This document shows positions 52,721 to 64,000 of a stretch of 64,000 nt of DNA, piece by piece; position 1 is the first letter of the stretch; every line of letters begins with the position of its first letter. The position numbers and the translations under genes are program-made. The stretch is from Lingula anatina (lineage: Eukaryota; Animalia; Brachiopoda), in assembly GCA_051362555.1 (NCBI GenBank), contig CM120644.1, forward strand, positions 20,048,534 to 20,112,533, given 5' to 3'. Below the pieces are notes generated by a model. The model was not told the DNA's origin, searched no databases, and was given only the letters and a program-made list of their open reading frames with translations.

Positions 52721-54131
52721 GCCCAGCGAAAGAGAAAAAAGTGATTTTGAGTGGGAGAAAAAGGGATAACTTCTTGTTTCATTTGTGAAATTTGGACAAT
52801 TTGATTTACTTGCAAAATCTACACATTTTCCAATTAAAGCTACTAATTCATGTTCATCAAAATCCCTGATGTAGTTGAAAATAGATATTATTTGAGTTTT
52901 GTAATAATTTTTTTGCTATACTGAAAGTTAGACATGTCCCCGAGTTGATTATTAGTAAAAAATGTTACTGTAAAAAGCTCTCATGATCTTGTTATGTAAG
53001 GCACACATCCCCATCATCTTGCTTTTGTGAATACCTTGGTTAGATTATTTCACTGCAGTAAAGTGTGGACGACTTAGTACAAATCGCCAGCACATTGTCG
53101 CTGTATTTGCGGCTCAGCTGTTGGCACAATGTGAAGAGGAGGAAGGGTGCAATCAAATAACACTTCCATGAACTCCATGTAGTTAAATAAATAGACCGCT
53201 AAGGACGCGCAAGCATTTCATTATTCATTTTTTATAAACAGCGGTTTCTTTAAATGATTGAAATTTACCCCTGAGAGTAACTGTAAAGCTGCACATAGCG
53301 GCATCGTGTTATCCAGGCCTGTAACCAGCAATTTTAAGGGGTGGGGGTCCTTTTTCTGAAAAAGCGGATCTTTTTACCGTGGAACACATGTGCTTTACTT
53401 TTATGGTTATTTCATTTTATTATTATGTAGTCTTCGTAGAAGATGGATAAAAGGAAAGGTTTGGCGACTTTTAAATCATTTTAATGCGCTGAAAACTCGT
53501 TGCAATTAAAATCCTTGACTAAAAGACAGTGAAAGCGAAAAAGACATTCGGTAAATCAGGAAAAAAACAACTTGTTATGAAAAATTTATACTTAATTATT
53601 ACCAAAATGTTATAAAAGGGTGCCATTAGCAGTGTTTTTTCCTTCAATTTTGATTGAACATGGTAATTTAAATAATAACATAACAGGGGGGGAGGGGTCG
53701 ACCCCCCCATCAAATAATCCTGGATCCCCCCTGCTTTGCCTATGGGAGGTTTCCTCACATTCAGGTGGAAATTTTTTCTGAAATACAAAACAATACAGCA
53801 CACACTTTAAACATTTACAAGAAAATGAAATAATAAACGTTATGTAATGATAAACGTTATCATGTAATGATGTAGTGTAATGATGATGATGATGGATTAC
53901 TCATCTTTAATAAAGTTTCAAAATTTTATATTAATTGGGCACACAAAAACTAAACAAGACCTCGCGTTTCAAAAACTTCTATTTTTAACACGTGTACTTC
54001 CCCTAACGGAAATCTCCAATGGGGTAGGACCATCCTATAATTTTTTGTTTGTTTTCTGCTGTTTTTCATTTTTCAAATGCTACGTTCAACATGAAATAAA
54101 GAGAGGAGAATTGTACCCAATTCGGTACTTT

Positions 54132-54684
54132 TGTAGTATACCCCCCACCCTGTAACTTCTTGAAACTTTAATTTTTCAAACATTTTTTTACATTGTCTTT
54201 TTCACCTATGTCAAAACTGTTGAAATAAAATGTTTTTGTAATTACCTGTGGTCTTTTTATTAGTTTTAATCACGTTTAATCCACCCCATTGAAATACAAT
54301 GTGAAAATTTACAATGTACCCGCAGTCAATAACTTGCCGCGTTTTCGTTGGCTAACTCTACCTTATTTTATGTGAACATAGGATTGATACATTGTATACT
54401 TGGACTTCCTCTGTGAAATTATTATGAGCTACTTGTTCACATAAAATTACTTAAGAGTTAGCAAACGAAAACGCGGCAAGTTATTGACTGCGGGTGTAAA
54501 TTGAAGATTCTAACATTGTGTTTCAATGGGCTGGATTAAACGTGATTAAAACAAATAAAAAGTCCACATGTAATTACAAAAGCATTTTATTTCAACAGCT
54601 TTGACATAGATGAACAAGAAAATGTAAAAAACTGTTTGAAAAGTGAAAGTTACAGAAAGTTACAGGGTGGGGGGGTATACTACA
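54132..54684. mobile_element. ~550-bp foldback element with ~245-bp inverted arms
   Basis: tgtagtataccccccaccctgtaactt ... aagttacagggtgggggggtatactaca. Internal arms pair throughout (e.g. acccgcagtcaataacttgccgcgttttcgtt / aacgaaaacgcggcaagttattgactgcgggt), with a ~50-bp spacer. Confidence 0.9.
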
Positions 54685-55639
54685 TAGAGACAGTAAAAGC
54701 AACTTAATTAACAAAAACTGCAATAGTCGGTATTTCTTTCTTCTCCCATCCGACTGCATCATGGCATATTTAAAACAGATGTGCTTGTGAAAGACCAATG
54801 AATTAAATGTTGATACTCAGCTTTGACCACCATCCAGTCACTGATATCACAAAATCATAAAAATCCGTCCACTCATTGATCAATATGGATTTTTCATAAA
54901 ATCGTGTGACCAATTGTGAATTTTTTATTAAAAGCGTTCTTAAATAATTCTTTTAATATAAGACCGACTTTTTGGCAATAAAACTGAAGATAAATTTAAA
55001 GAACAGTCAGACTCAAAATATGCGGTTCTTTATGCCAACCTTCCTGTTCACCCTTTTCACATCGAGGCGCCCAGCTCTTGATTTCAAGACTCCGATCCAA
55101 AAAGAGCTAGTCTTCCAAAATGGAAGGGATAGTGTGGCCCAATAATAAGGAAGAATATGATTTACAGGACGTGATTGGTACGTAGATTGGGTAACATGAA
55201 CAGCAGACATAAGTATCGATCTTTGTGAATTAAGACTTTCATTTTAAGGGATATTCTTGTTGCAGTTTTGCTTGCCGCAAATTGCACTTTTACCGGCATT
55301 CCTTGGTCATTTCTGGCTACACAAGTTGTAAGCACACAGAGTTGGCTTGTACAGCCACACAACACCGGAGTGTCCGACACTGGGTCCCTGACATGCGTGT
55401 ATGTAAAAGAAAATGTCTTTTTTGTCACTTAGGTTACACAAGGTGACCAGCGCCAAATTTATCTTATCTTGACCTGATAAGAGGGGGGAGGGTTGTAAAA
55501 AAATAAAATAAATACCGAACTTTGTCAGTAAGGGTGGCTTTATGGAAGTTTTATGGTGGTTTTATGGATATTCTGTGTTCTTACATGAATAAGGAGTAAG
55601 GACTGAGATCTCTCTCCTGCTCTCGCTTTCTCCATCTCT

Positions 55640-56234
55640 CTCTCTGTATATGTATCTGTCAGTATACGTCTAAAGAAACCACTGCTGGTATATGATTGAC
55701 GGGAAGAGAGAGCACATGGGAAACTTAATCCTGTGTAGGCCTGATCTAAAGCCTTCCACAGTTTCTGCATTAACTTGTTTATCACTCAGTTCATTCCACT
55801 CGGAGACTGTTCTGAGAAAGGAAGCTCTAGATTTTTCTAACTGGCATGTTGCAGTGTTGTAAGCGACTGTTGTTGGCACTATTTATAATGTTTTCAGTGT
55901 CAAAGTCAGTGAATGATTTGGCCCTTATATGACGTTTGTTAGAAGCTGGTATTAAATAAGTATCAGAGGGTATCACTGACACCAACCCCACAACCACCTT
56001 GAAAAGAAAAGCTAGCCCCAGTTCCTTCCTCCATTGCTGCAGCACAGGGAGATCCAGTGATTTTAACGTGGAGGTAACTCTACCTGAAGACTGTGACTTA
56101 TCATCCCCAGTGATAAACCCCGCAGCCTTCCTTTGAATTTTTTCCATTTTGTTAATGTCCGATTGTAAGTAGGGGTCCCATATGATGTCACCATATTCTG
56201 AAGTGGAGCGAACAAGAGCTATGTATGCTGACAT
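55640..56234 (-). pseudogene. 5'-truncated, frameshifted CR1-like non-LTR retrotransposon (ORF2 C-terminus plus 3' UTR)
   Basis: AYIALVRSTSEYGDIIWDPY...KMEKIQRKAAGFI...LKSLDLPVLQQWRK..L.FLFKVV and, in a second frame, SF.RTVSEWNEL....V.AETVEGFR are post-RT CR1/L2 C-terminal motifs. Followed by a gataca/ga repeat tail. Confidence 0.8.
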
Positions 56235-56421
56235 TTGTGTGAGTGCTGGGCGAAATATGTAACTAGGTAATTAATATCATGGATACAACTAAACAAATCC
56301 ATCATATTTGCATGAGGCTCTCCTTGGAAATATGGCGGATGACCCGACATTTATAAACAAATGGTACTAATTTACTGGTTTAGTGATATACACGGTACAT
56401 ATGATCTCTGTTCTCCTGTAG

Positions 56422-56534
56422 GTGCTGGGGCCACTGCTGTGGTACAGGCTGCCCTGTGTAAACCAAAGAACCAGAAATGTGCCATCAAGAGGATCAACCT
56501 GGAGAAGGCCAGCACCACTGTGGAGGAACTTCTG
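56422..56534 (+). CDS. OXSR1: Internal coding exon (kinase subdomains I-III) of an OSR1/SPAK family STE20 kinase
   Basis: ctcctgtag|...|gtgagt, 113 nt, phase 1 to 0, encoding (G)[37 protein letters not shown]. It matches the OXSR1/STK39/fray [11 protein letters not shown]...AIKRINLEK...ELL exon. OXSR1 and STK39 cannot be told apart; invertebrates generally have one orthologue. Confidence 0.9.
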
Positions 56535-57166
56535 GTGAGTTCATGGCAGCCTCATCTTCAGCCTCCTGCATTTAATGTCTTTAGTTTCTTCAGTTTCAAA
56601 GTGAGGCAAACACCTGTCTACTACATGTAGTATATCTCCCCACCACCACCCTTGCAAAACCCTGGATTTGTCTCAGTTAGTCTGAAATAAATTTCCAGTT
56701 TTAACCATGGAATGTGTTTCATTTTTCAGCCAATTTATTAATAATAAATTTACATCTTTTCTTAAGTCAAACAGCAAGTTGAGTTCAAAAGACTGTATAA
56801 TCAGCTTTTTAGTATGTACCCTATATTTTGTTCGTTCCATAACTTCCAAACTGTATTTTTGTTTTACTTTAAAGGATGTCTTTCCGCTGTAGACGCTTAA
56901 ATAGGCCTTTCTCTGAAACTTTACCTATTTGATCCTGAACCCCGAAGCATGTCTCACACGGAACCGTTGAGAAAATAAAGGTCAAGGTATAGGTTTTTAA
57001 GATCACTTAAAGAAAAAAAAGCGCAGCATTTTTTTTTCGTCTAAACTTCTCGCCATTACTCCCCTACGCGTGGAATTCTGGGACGTGCCTCAATTTGCAT
57101 ATGACTGAATACTACTAGCACTTTTACTACGGTATGACGAAGACCCGGATGTTAATGTAATCCAAT

Positions 57167-60100
57167 ATGGAGGGTACTCCGACTACACGTGGATTGAAAA
57201 GAGGGAGGAAAAAACTCCCCACGCCAGTGAAAAAAGAGAGAAAAAGAGAAAGGGAAAAGCAGAGAACGTTGATCTCACTGGGAAGCCAATCAACTAGATG
57301 GACTGAGCTAAAAAATGAACTAAAACTAACACACGAGCGACTTGCGAAAATTCTGTTGGACAGGTTAGTACGATATCTCAAATGAATTGTAGAAAATGTC
57401 ACGATACATTTTAGGCAGAGCACCCGTGTCGCACGTAGAATGTTTTGAGTATATTTATTTAGGGAAGAAGTGTGGGCAGGTTTGTATCAAAACGGCTAGA
57501 TTCTCACTTTCTTACGTAATGTCCTACTTGACTCTATCTCCCCACTACAAGTAGCCTACAATCTTAGATTGTGTGCACATTAATTTTGGAGTATGTAAGC
57601 GAGGTAAACATCCATGATTTAAATTTTATTCGCCATAAACGTTTTGAATTGTTGAATGCCGGGGATATAATGACTCACGCCGTCATGGTAATTTTTTAAA
57701 ACCCTGCAGGTATTATGCACAGCGGACATCTACCAGTAGGCCTACCAGTACCCCCACAGCCAGCTCAAAACCACTGCCCCCTATACAGTTGAGTGACATT
57801 GGGTCAAAATCAGAGTCAGAGTAAGTGTTTGATAACTTAACAGCCATCAGGATAAATTTTTAGGCTCTGACGGTCTGGAGGACCTGCATTATTAGAAATC
57901 TTCATGTCCTCCCAATCTGATACTGGTCTGAACTAAGTAATTGATTTCCATTAGACTATGTTTTACTTGTAATTTATTTTTTTCACATAAACTTTACTTA
58001 TCCAGAGCGCATGCTTTCACAAAAAATCTTGCCAGTCCTGTAATAGCTGTTTATTTCACCATTCATTGTAAACCTTGCAGTAGAAACAAGTGTAATGCAT
58101 GTTATTATTTGACCCCATTGTCATAGATACCATTGGTCTGTGTAGATGGATCCACCTCTGTAAGAACTCTCTCTGGTGCAATCTGAATGACTGTCACTTT
58201 TTGTTTCCAACATACTCATATAATCACCAGCTTTTCTGAAACTGTATTCAGGAAGAGTACATATTGAGTTACAATGATCAGTGAAGACTGATGACATCCA
58301 TGGGTAATGGAGCCTTTAATATGATACTATTTTACAAGTTTTATAAGTCCGATGGCTGTTTTGCCATGGGACTTATACCACCAGTTAGTTTGAGCTATAT
58401 CCAATAGCACGTGAAGTGTTTTACTAAAAATATTAATTTTTTTTTTTATTTCCTTTATTCAGTGCACCCATGTCAGGTGTAGAAAGTGCTGGTAGTGGAC
58501 CAGAAGCAGCTGCAAGGGAAAGCAAAGTTTCCATGTTTGATCCCAATGATATGAGGTATGTTTACCTCCTTTTTAGTTATAACTGTGAAAAAATAGTTTA
58601 TTTCATTAACTTTTGTATTTGTCAAGTATTATGAAATCTGGTATGACTCCACCTGTCATTTAATACATATGTAGTATAGTTACATCCTCATTGCCAACTG
58701 GACTTTCTTTTCATTTCAGTGTTAATCTCACATATGAAGAAATTGAAGATGAATATAATGAGGATAATGATGATGATACCTATCCAAATTACAAAGCTGA
58801 CATATCTTTCCAGTGCGTATATTTTTTTTACAATCTCCTCTATATGTTTTGATATAATTATAATTTTTAACTTAATACCTTTCTTTTTTTTTTTGGGGGG
58901 GGGGGATGTGTGGAGATATTTCATTAGTTTCATATCAAAATTCCAAAGTTATTACACATGCAATGTGCAAATGTACATGAATTCCCATTAATAGACTTGA
59001 AATTACTATATATACTATTTTGTGACAAAGGTATTTAAAAAAAATAAATAAAACGTATATATTTATTCCAGACACAACAATATTGAAGAGGTGATGAAAC
59101 TGCCAACAGTCACTGGAGATGATGATATTTTACCTGGAGATGAGGAAGTAGAGATAGGCCCTATTCCTGATGGCAGCAAGCTGTTCAGTAAAGTGACATC
59201 AGCTGAAGAAATTGTGGGGCAAAGTTGTTTTCTGACATATGAATCATCTATTAGACTGCTATTGGAAGAGTTGTTGCCACCTTGCCCTTGCAGCAAAAAG
59301 TATGTGGTGTCCTTTCAGAAGTCTGGCACAGGAACATATGTGAAGTGGGTAGGTTACATTGTCCTTTTCACTTTATTTCAGAATATCTATGATTATAACC
59401 AAAATATTTCTTGGGTTAATCTTTATAAATGTATTTCTGATATTATTAACGATGGTGCTCTGTCTTTCTGATACTGGGAGTTCAACTGAGTTACAAGCTA
59501 TATTGAAGCTGCAGAGGTGAGGGGTGGTCTCCCTTGCTCTCACTGGATATTTAATTAATAAATATAAAATTAAGGCACTATTTCAGGTAAAAGACCTTTG
59601 TGACTACATTGTAATACGGGGTTAGTAAATTGTACCAAGTCTTCTACCATTAAGTAATAATTTTAAAGAACATTCAGGAATTTAAATGAAGTATCACAGG
59701 TTTTAGTCTCTCATTACCCTAAGTAGGATATAGGTTTTATTTTTTATTAAACGTGAGATGTAATAAGATTATTATCAATGACTATGTGCTGGTATCCTCA
59801 AACAGTGGGCCTATAATCTTGTCACACATACACTGCTTATGTTCATTATTATTAATACAGTTTTTCTAAAATCTTCTCTTTTATATATCATATTTTCATG
59901 CAGAAAACCGGTCAAATGTATTACACTAATGTAATTTTGTAATATGTTTACACACCACATTAAGATGCACATTTGAAACATTAATGTACAGCATTTTTTC
60001 ATATGATCAAAATGTAAACAATTTTAACACATTTTTTATAATTAATTTTCAGGTGGGCATTTGCATATCTTGATAAGAAATTGAATATATATTTCTTTTT

Positions 60101-62493
60101 TTTTTTCAGTCATGCCCAGATGGCCATGAAGGTGGTCAGTGGTGCTCTCAACCCAAGTTGAACCTAGGCATGTTGGCTGGGGATTTTTTCTGGTCCACTA
60201 GTCTTCTGTTTAGTGGGAACAATTACAGGAAAGTTCGGTTTATGTCCCAGTGGATGAACAGTGGATTTGTTAGTGAGAAGACCTATTATGCTATACAGAG
60301 GGATTATGGCATACCTGCTGTAGAACACCATTTTCGACAAATGCAAGATGAGATCCTTGCCTCTTGCCAAAATAAGGAAGTGATTATTGCTGGTATGAAG
60401 ATATCTCTGATGTATTAACAATTAAAATAAGACAAGAGAAATTGGTAAAATAGTGTCTCAAGTATTTATAACAAATAAATATTTTGCCTCAAATGAGTGT
60501 TATTGATTTTTGATGGAAAACTGTATATATTTTCAGGTGATGGAAGGATGGATAGTCCAGGACACAGTGCCCAGTACTGTACTTATGTAGTCACAAATTA
60601 TGAGACAGGGGATGTCCTGGACATTCAAGTTGTAGAGAAGAAAGAAACCCAACTAAATAGCAATGCCATGGAGAAAGAGGGCTTGCTGAGGTCACTCAGG
60701 TTCCTTAGAGAGAGGGGTATCAATGTAGTGGAGATTGTCACGGATGCTCATGTTAGCATTGCTGCACATATAAGTAAGTTCAAACATATCTTTATGTGAT
60801 GACATTGACAAACAAGTAATGCAACCTCAATTGTTGTCCAAGTTCAAATTAACAATAAAGAGCAAGGTTGATTTCCCCTTACACAAAATGCCACTGTTGT
60901 GACATGATAATTTTTTATATCTGAAATTTTAGGGAAAAACGAGCCTGGCATGAAACATTCTTGGGATGTGTGGCATGGTACCAAAAACTTAGCAAAGAAA
61001 ATTATTGCGGTAAGTTTTGAAATTTATCTATTTTGATCAAATTGTATAAAGACCAACAGTGACCCATAGAATTTTAATTTACGAATGTCTTATTTTGATG
61101 CTGATAAATTCCTGAAAATAATTCTTATTTGGCAGGTAGTTATTTTCACAAATAAACCAAAACATATTGTTAAAAATATAAACATAAAATACTTGTACAA
61201 AACATTGAATGCTGCATATTGGTATATTTCCATGTTTAAAATGACATCTTATTTACAATCACAGGCAGGACAGAAAAAGGCTACGCGCGATATTATCCCA
61301 TGGAGCAAGGACTTATGCACCCATTTTTGGGAATGTGCTAGGACTTGTGAGGGAAGTCATGGAAAGTTCCTGGTGAGTTTGATCCTGCCTTTAACATCAT
61401 TGACAAGAAATGTTCATTGTTTCTTTTGAACTGCCTATATAGACATTTTTAATTTTTCACATTTCTTGTTTACTAAATGAATTCTGATTTTTTATTTAGT
61501 CAAAGTGGAGAGGTGCAATGCACCATGTGCAAAATGAGCACGAATGGTTATCAGGTGATGGTTTTGGGACAGCCAAGTGTGAACACGACCCCCTACCGCC
61601 TGATGAAGAGAGAATGAAGAAGTGGTTGGAACCATCTTCACAGGGACTGGCTGCATTGGGGCAGATTCTACTTAACAAAAGATTCCAAAAGGACATTGGA
61701 CACTATGTCAATAACAGGTGTGGAAAAGAACAAAAATTAACAATGGTGTTAATTATTTTTGTTGGTATTTGTAATTGATTGCAAAGTTTTTTATTTCAAT
61801 TCAAGGCAAGGGTATTATTTCAATGCCAAATATGACTCCATTGATAGAAACCAATAAATAACACCGCTTATTACAAATAACTGGATGTTCAATTTTTTTT
61901 CTTTTTTTTAGACACACGGGACACATTGAGAGTATTAACTCTCACATTCTAATGTATTGCTCAAAAAGAAATTCCTACAAGCCACCTGGATACAGGGCAC
62001 GTAATTACTTGGCAGTCATGGATTATCAGAACCATAAAGATAGAGGAGCTGCAGTTGACTTGGAATCCGGTGAAATAAGGTAAACGGCAAAAATTAATAT
62101 ATAATTCTGTTTTTAAAGTCTATGTGCCAAAGAAAACTTGTTACTATGGTTATTTTCACTTGTAAACTCATATTTTAAAGGTTATTACATGCAAAGTCAT
62201 TTTCATGAAAATGAATTAAAGTCTTGCCACTGTTTTATTTCAGGTATACTAAGTGTTACAGCAAACATGCCAAATCATGGATAGTGAAACCTCAAGCCAT
62301 TAAAAAGACTTATGACTACATCCACATCTTACAAACTCTGGCATTTGACATGAGAATGACAAGTGCACGGCCTTTAGCAGCTAGGGTGCTGTTGGAACCA
62401 TGGGACCCAAGGAACCTTGGGCCAAATACAGCCCCAGTCCCTGCACCCCCCAAAGATGTTCTAGTCAGAGACAGAAAGTCCAGATTTAAGTAA
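57167..62493 (+). CDS. Kolobok-type DDE transposase, 12 exons, ~703 aa
   Basis: GT-AG exons: 57167-57363, 57710-57820, 58463-58555, 58720-58812, 59072-59348, 60110-60392, 60537-60773, 60933-61009, 61265-61372, 61500-61717, 61912-62079, 62244-62493 (2112 nt, phases compatible, no stops). Motifs: RWTELK..LAKILLDR, C-x-C...CPDGH..WCSQP, GDGRMDSPGHSAQYCTY, SNAMEKEG, IVTDAH, HSWDVWH..KNL.KK, HTGHIESINS..LMYCSKR. Confidence 0.88.
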
Positions 62494-63498
62494 ATTTTGT
62501 GACATTTTTTTTTATCAGTCTCAGCAGTGAATACAGTTATTACATTGAATATAGTTCATGTTCAATAATGTGATCTGCAGAAAAGAATAAGCACTGTAAA
62601 TCTTCATTATTTACAAGAGATGCTCACTTTATGAACATATAAATTAGATAAAATAGTTTAATGCCAGCATGCATGTTCATTCATTGCAAGATCTTGCTTT
62701 TGACAATTATTGATAACAGTTACAAGTATGAGTAGACTTCATACAGTTTATGTTTTAAATGTAGAAAATAAATGTAACTTTACCATAGCTGTTTTTCTTA
62801 CTTCCCTAATCATAAACCAACATTGATTACACTGATAAATAAAAATGATAATATTCTCTTTACTTTACTGTTTAAACAGATTTAAAACAGGCCTCATGGT
62901 AATCTGATAACATTATATTAATTGATGTGTTTCTTTTATACAATATCTCAACACAAACTTATCTTGAAAGATGATGTTGAATAAGTAATAAATATCTATA
63001 CTATAAATAAATATCTATACTAAGGCATGAAAGGCATTTTTAAAATATGAAGTTATATACACATGGAGTCACATACCAAAAAACAAACTTTTAACATTTA
63101 AAAGATTAGACACTGACATTTTTATGTAATCAAAATTACAAGAATGATGAGTATATCTTAAATCAACAACAGATTTAAAATGGCGCACATGATAAACTGA
63201 TAACTATATATCAATTAAATGCATGACTTCTAGTAAAAGTGCAACAAGTACAAAATCTTATCTTCTAAGACATCTTGAAATACAAATTTCTACACTAAAA
63301 CCAATAAGGAAATGATAACCAGATTTGAATCTCAGATATCCACAGAGAGTTTGATAACACATGATGTAGAAAATAAACTATATGTTTGAAAAGAATGACA
63401 TGTAAACAGACTAACTCCTGGTGACAATTGTTCTTCTTTAATCATAAAAAATCTATTGAACTTATTAGCAGACAAATGCAGTGGACATACACAGCAGG

Positions 63499-63584
63499 TG
63501 AGTGGGAGATGGCCCATTCCCATCCCCTTACTGCTGCAGCAAGTCACCAATGGATGAGTGGGAGATGGCCCATTCCCATCCCCT
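63499..63584. repeat. 30-bp direct repeat (x2, 56-bp period) in the KolX 3' UTR
   Basis: tgagtgggagatggcccattcccatcccct at 63499 and 63555. Confidence 0.85.
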
Positions 63585-63597
63585 GTCCATTGCTCTT

Positions 63598-63876
63598 CTA
63601 AACTATACGCCCTGGATCAAATCCCCTATACTGACCTGTGGGAGAGGGGAACTTATTCCTAATGAACCAAACACAACAGGACGGAATTACTCTGCGGTCA
63701 CCAGGAGTTAGCCTGTTATATTGCCACATTATGAAACTACGATAGGCATTGTGCCGCATGGCAGCATTGTCCTCTTCTCCTGGCTGCCTATCTTCATTTT
63801 GGAAGCCCAGGATGTCCCCCCTTGCTACTCGCATAATCCCAAGATGAAATTCGTCTGTTACATTTAATTCCATTAC
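63598..63876 (-). CDS. KolX-like accessory protein (P2X7 C-terminal ballast/nanor-like domain), last exon; upstream exons beyond the right edge
   Basis: Acceptor tattttatttgcag| then VMELNV...NAAMRHNAYRSFIMWQYNRLTPGDRRVIPSCCVWFIRNKFPSPTGQYRGF. The R..AYR....W....L....R.VIPSC.V..IR..FP...G.Y.GF signature matches the P2X7 ballast/KolX family. Confidence 0.85.
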   Translation of the reverse strand, partial: VMELNVTDEFHLGIMRVARGDILGFQNEDRQPGEEDNAAMRHNAYRSFIMWQYNRLTPGDRRVIPSCCVWFIRNKFPSPTGQYRGFDPGRIV

Positions 63877-64000
63877 CTGCAAATAAAATAACAACAAAAA
63901 AATAATAAAAAAAAACTAAGTTCATGATTGTAAGAAGGAAACATGTTAATCATAACTGCATTTTTAATTGATTTTAATTTGTCATTATACAACATGAGGA

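Larger units (their letters stand above)
56873..64000 (+). mobile_element. Kolobok DNA transposon, apparently autonomous; right end outside the window
   Basis: TTAA (56869-56872) followed by an RR terminus aggatgtctttccg, then a convergent transposase and KolX gene pair, the Kolobok layout. The left boundary is inferred from one end only. Confidence 0.8.

Noticed and set aside
38791-55540. Numerous 60-126-aa ORFs in the non-coding middle region
   Set aside because: Low-complexity or repeat-derived, many with non-ATG starts, and with no recognisable domains or consistent exon structure.
56332-56370. ATGGCGGATGAC... as kinase exon 1
   Set aside because: The only nearby GT gives the wrong phase and a very short intron, and the peptide lacks the DYEL.EVIG motif.

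Overview
AT-rich eukaryotic (invertebrate metazoan-like) genomic DNA in four zones. (1) 1-3942: the 5' part of a minus-strand tyrosine-recombinase retrotransposon (DIRS order, Ngaro-like: gag, RT/RNase H, YR running off the window). Its RNase H is interrupted by a 553-bp TGT...ACA element with a CCGG target-site duplication (TSD). The sequence suggests pol is reached by -1 frameshift and YR by splicing from gag. (2) ~3943-38780: a ~35-kb complex tandem array built on a ~194-bp monomer, with 29 copies of a diverged ~392-bp 'A block'. Unit lengths are near-integer multiples of 194 bp, there are nested duplications, and two copies of a palindromic MITE lie 24,255 bp apart. Each A block looks like a 228-nt exon, and the array ends in a unique terminal-exon-like segment with AATAAA. 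(3) ~38.8-56.4 kb: non-coding DNA with MITEs, a foldback element, SINE-like heads, microsatellites and a dead CR1-like LINE 3' end. (4) 56422-56534: a coding exon of an OSR1/SPAK (OXSR1/STK39/fray) kinase. In the next intron sits an apparently intact Kolobok DNA transposon with a 12-exon, ~703-aa DDE transposase and a convergent KolX (P2X7-ballast-like) gene, continuing past the window end. All calls were read by eye; no database searches were run.
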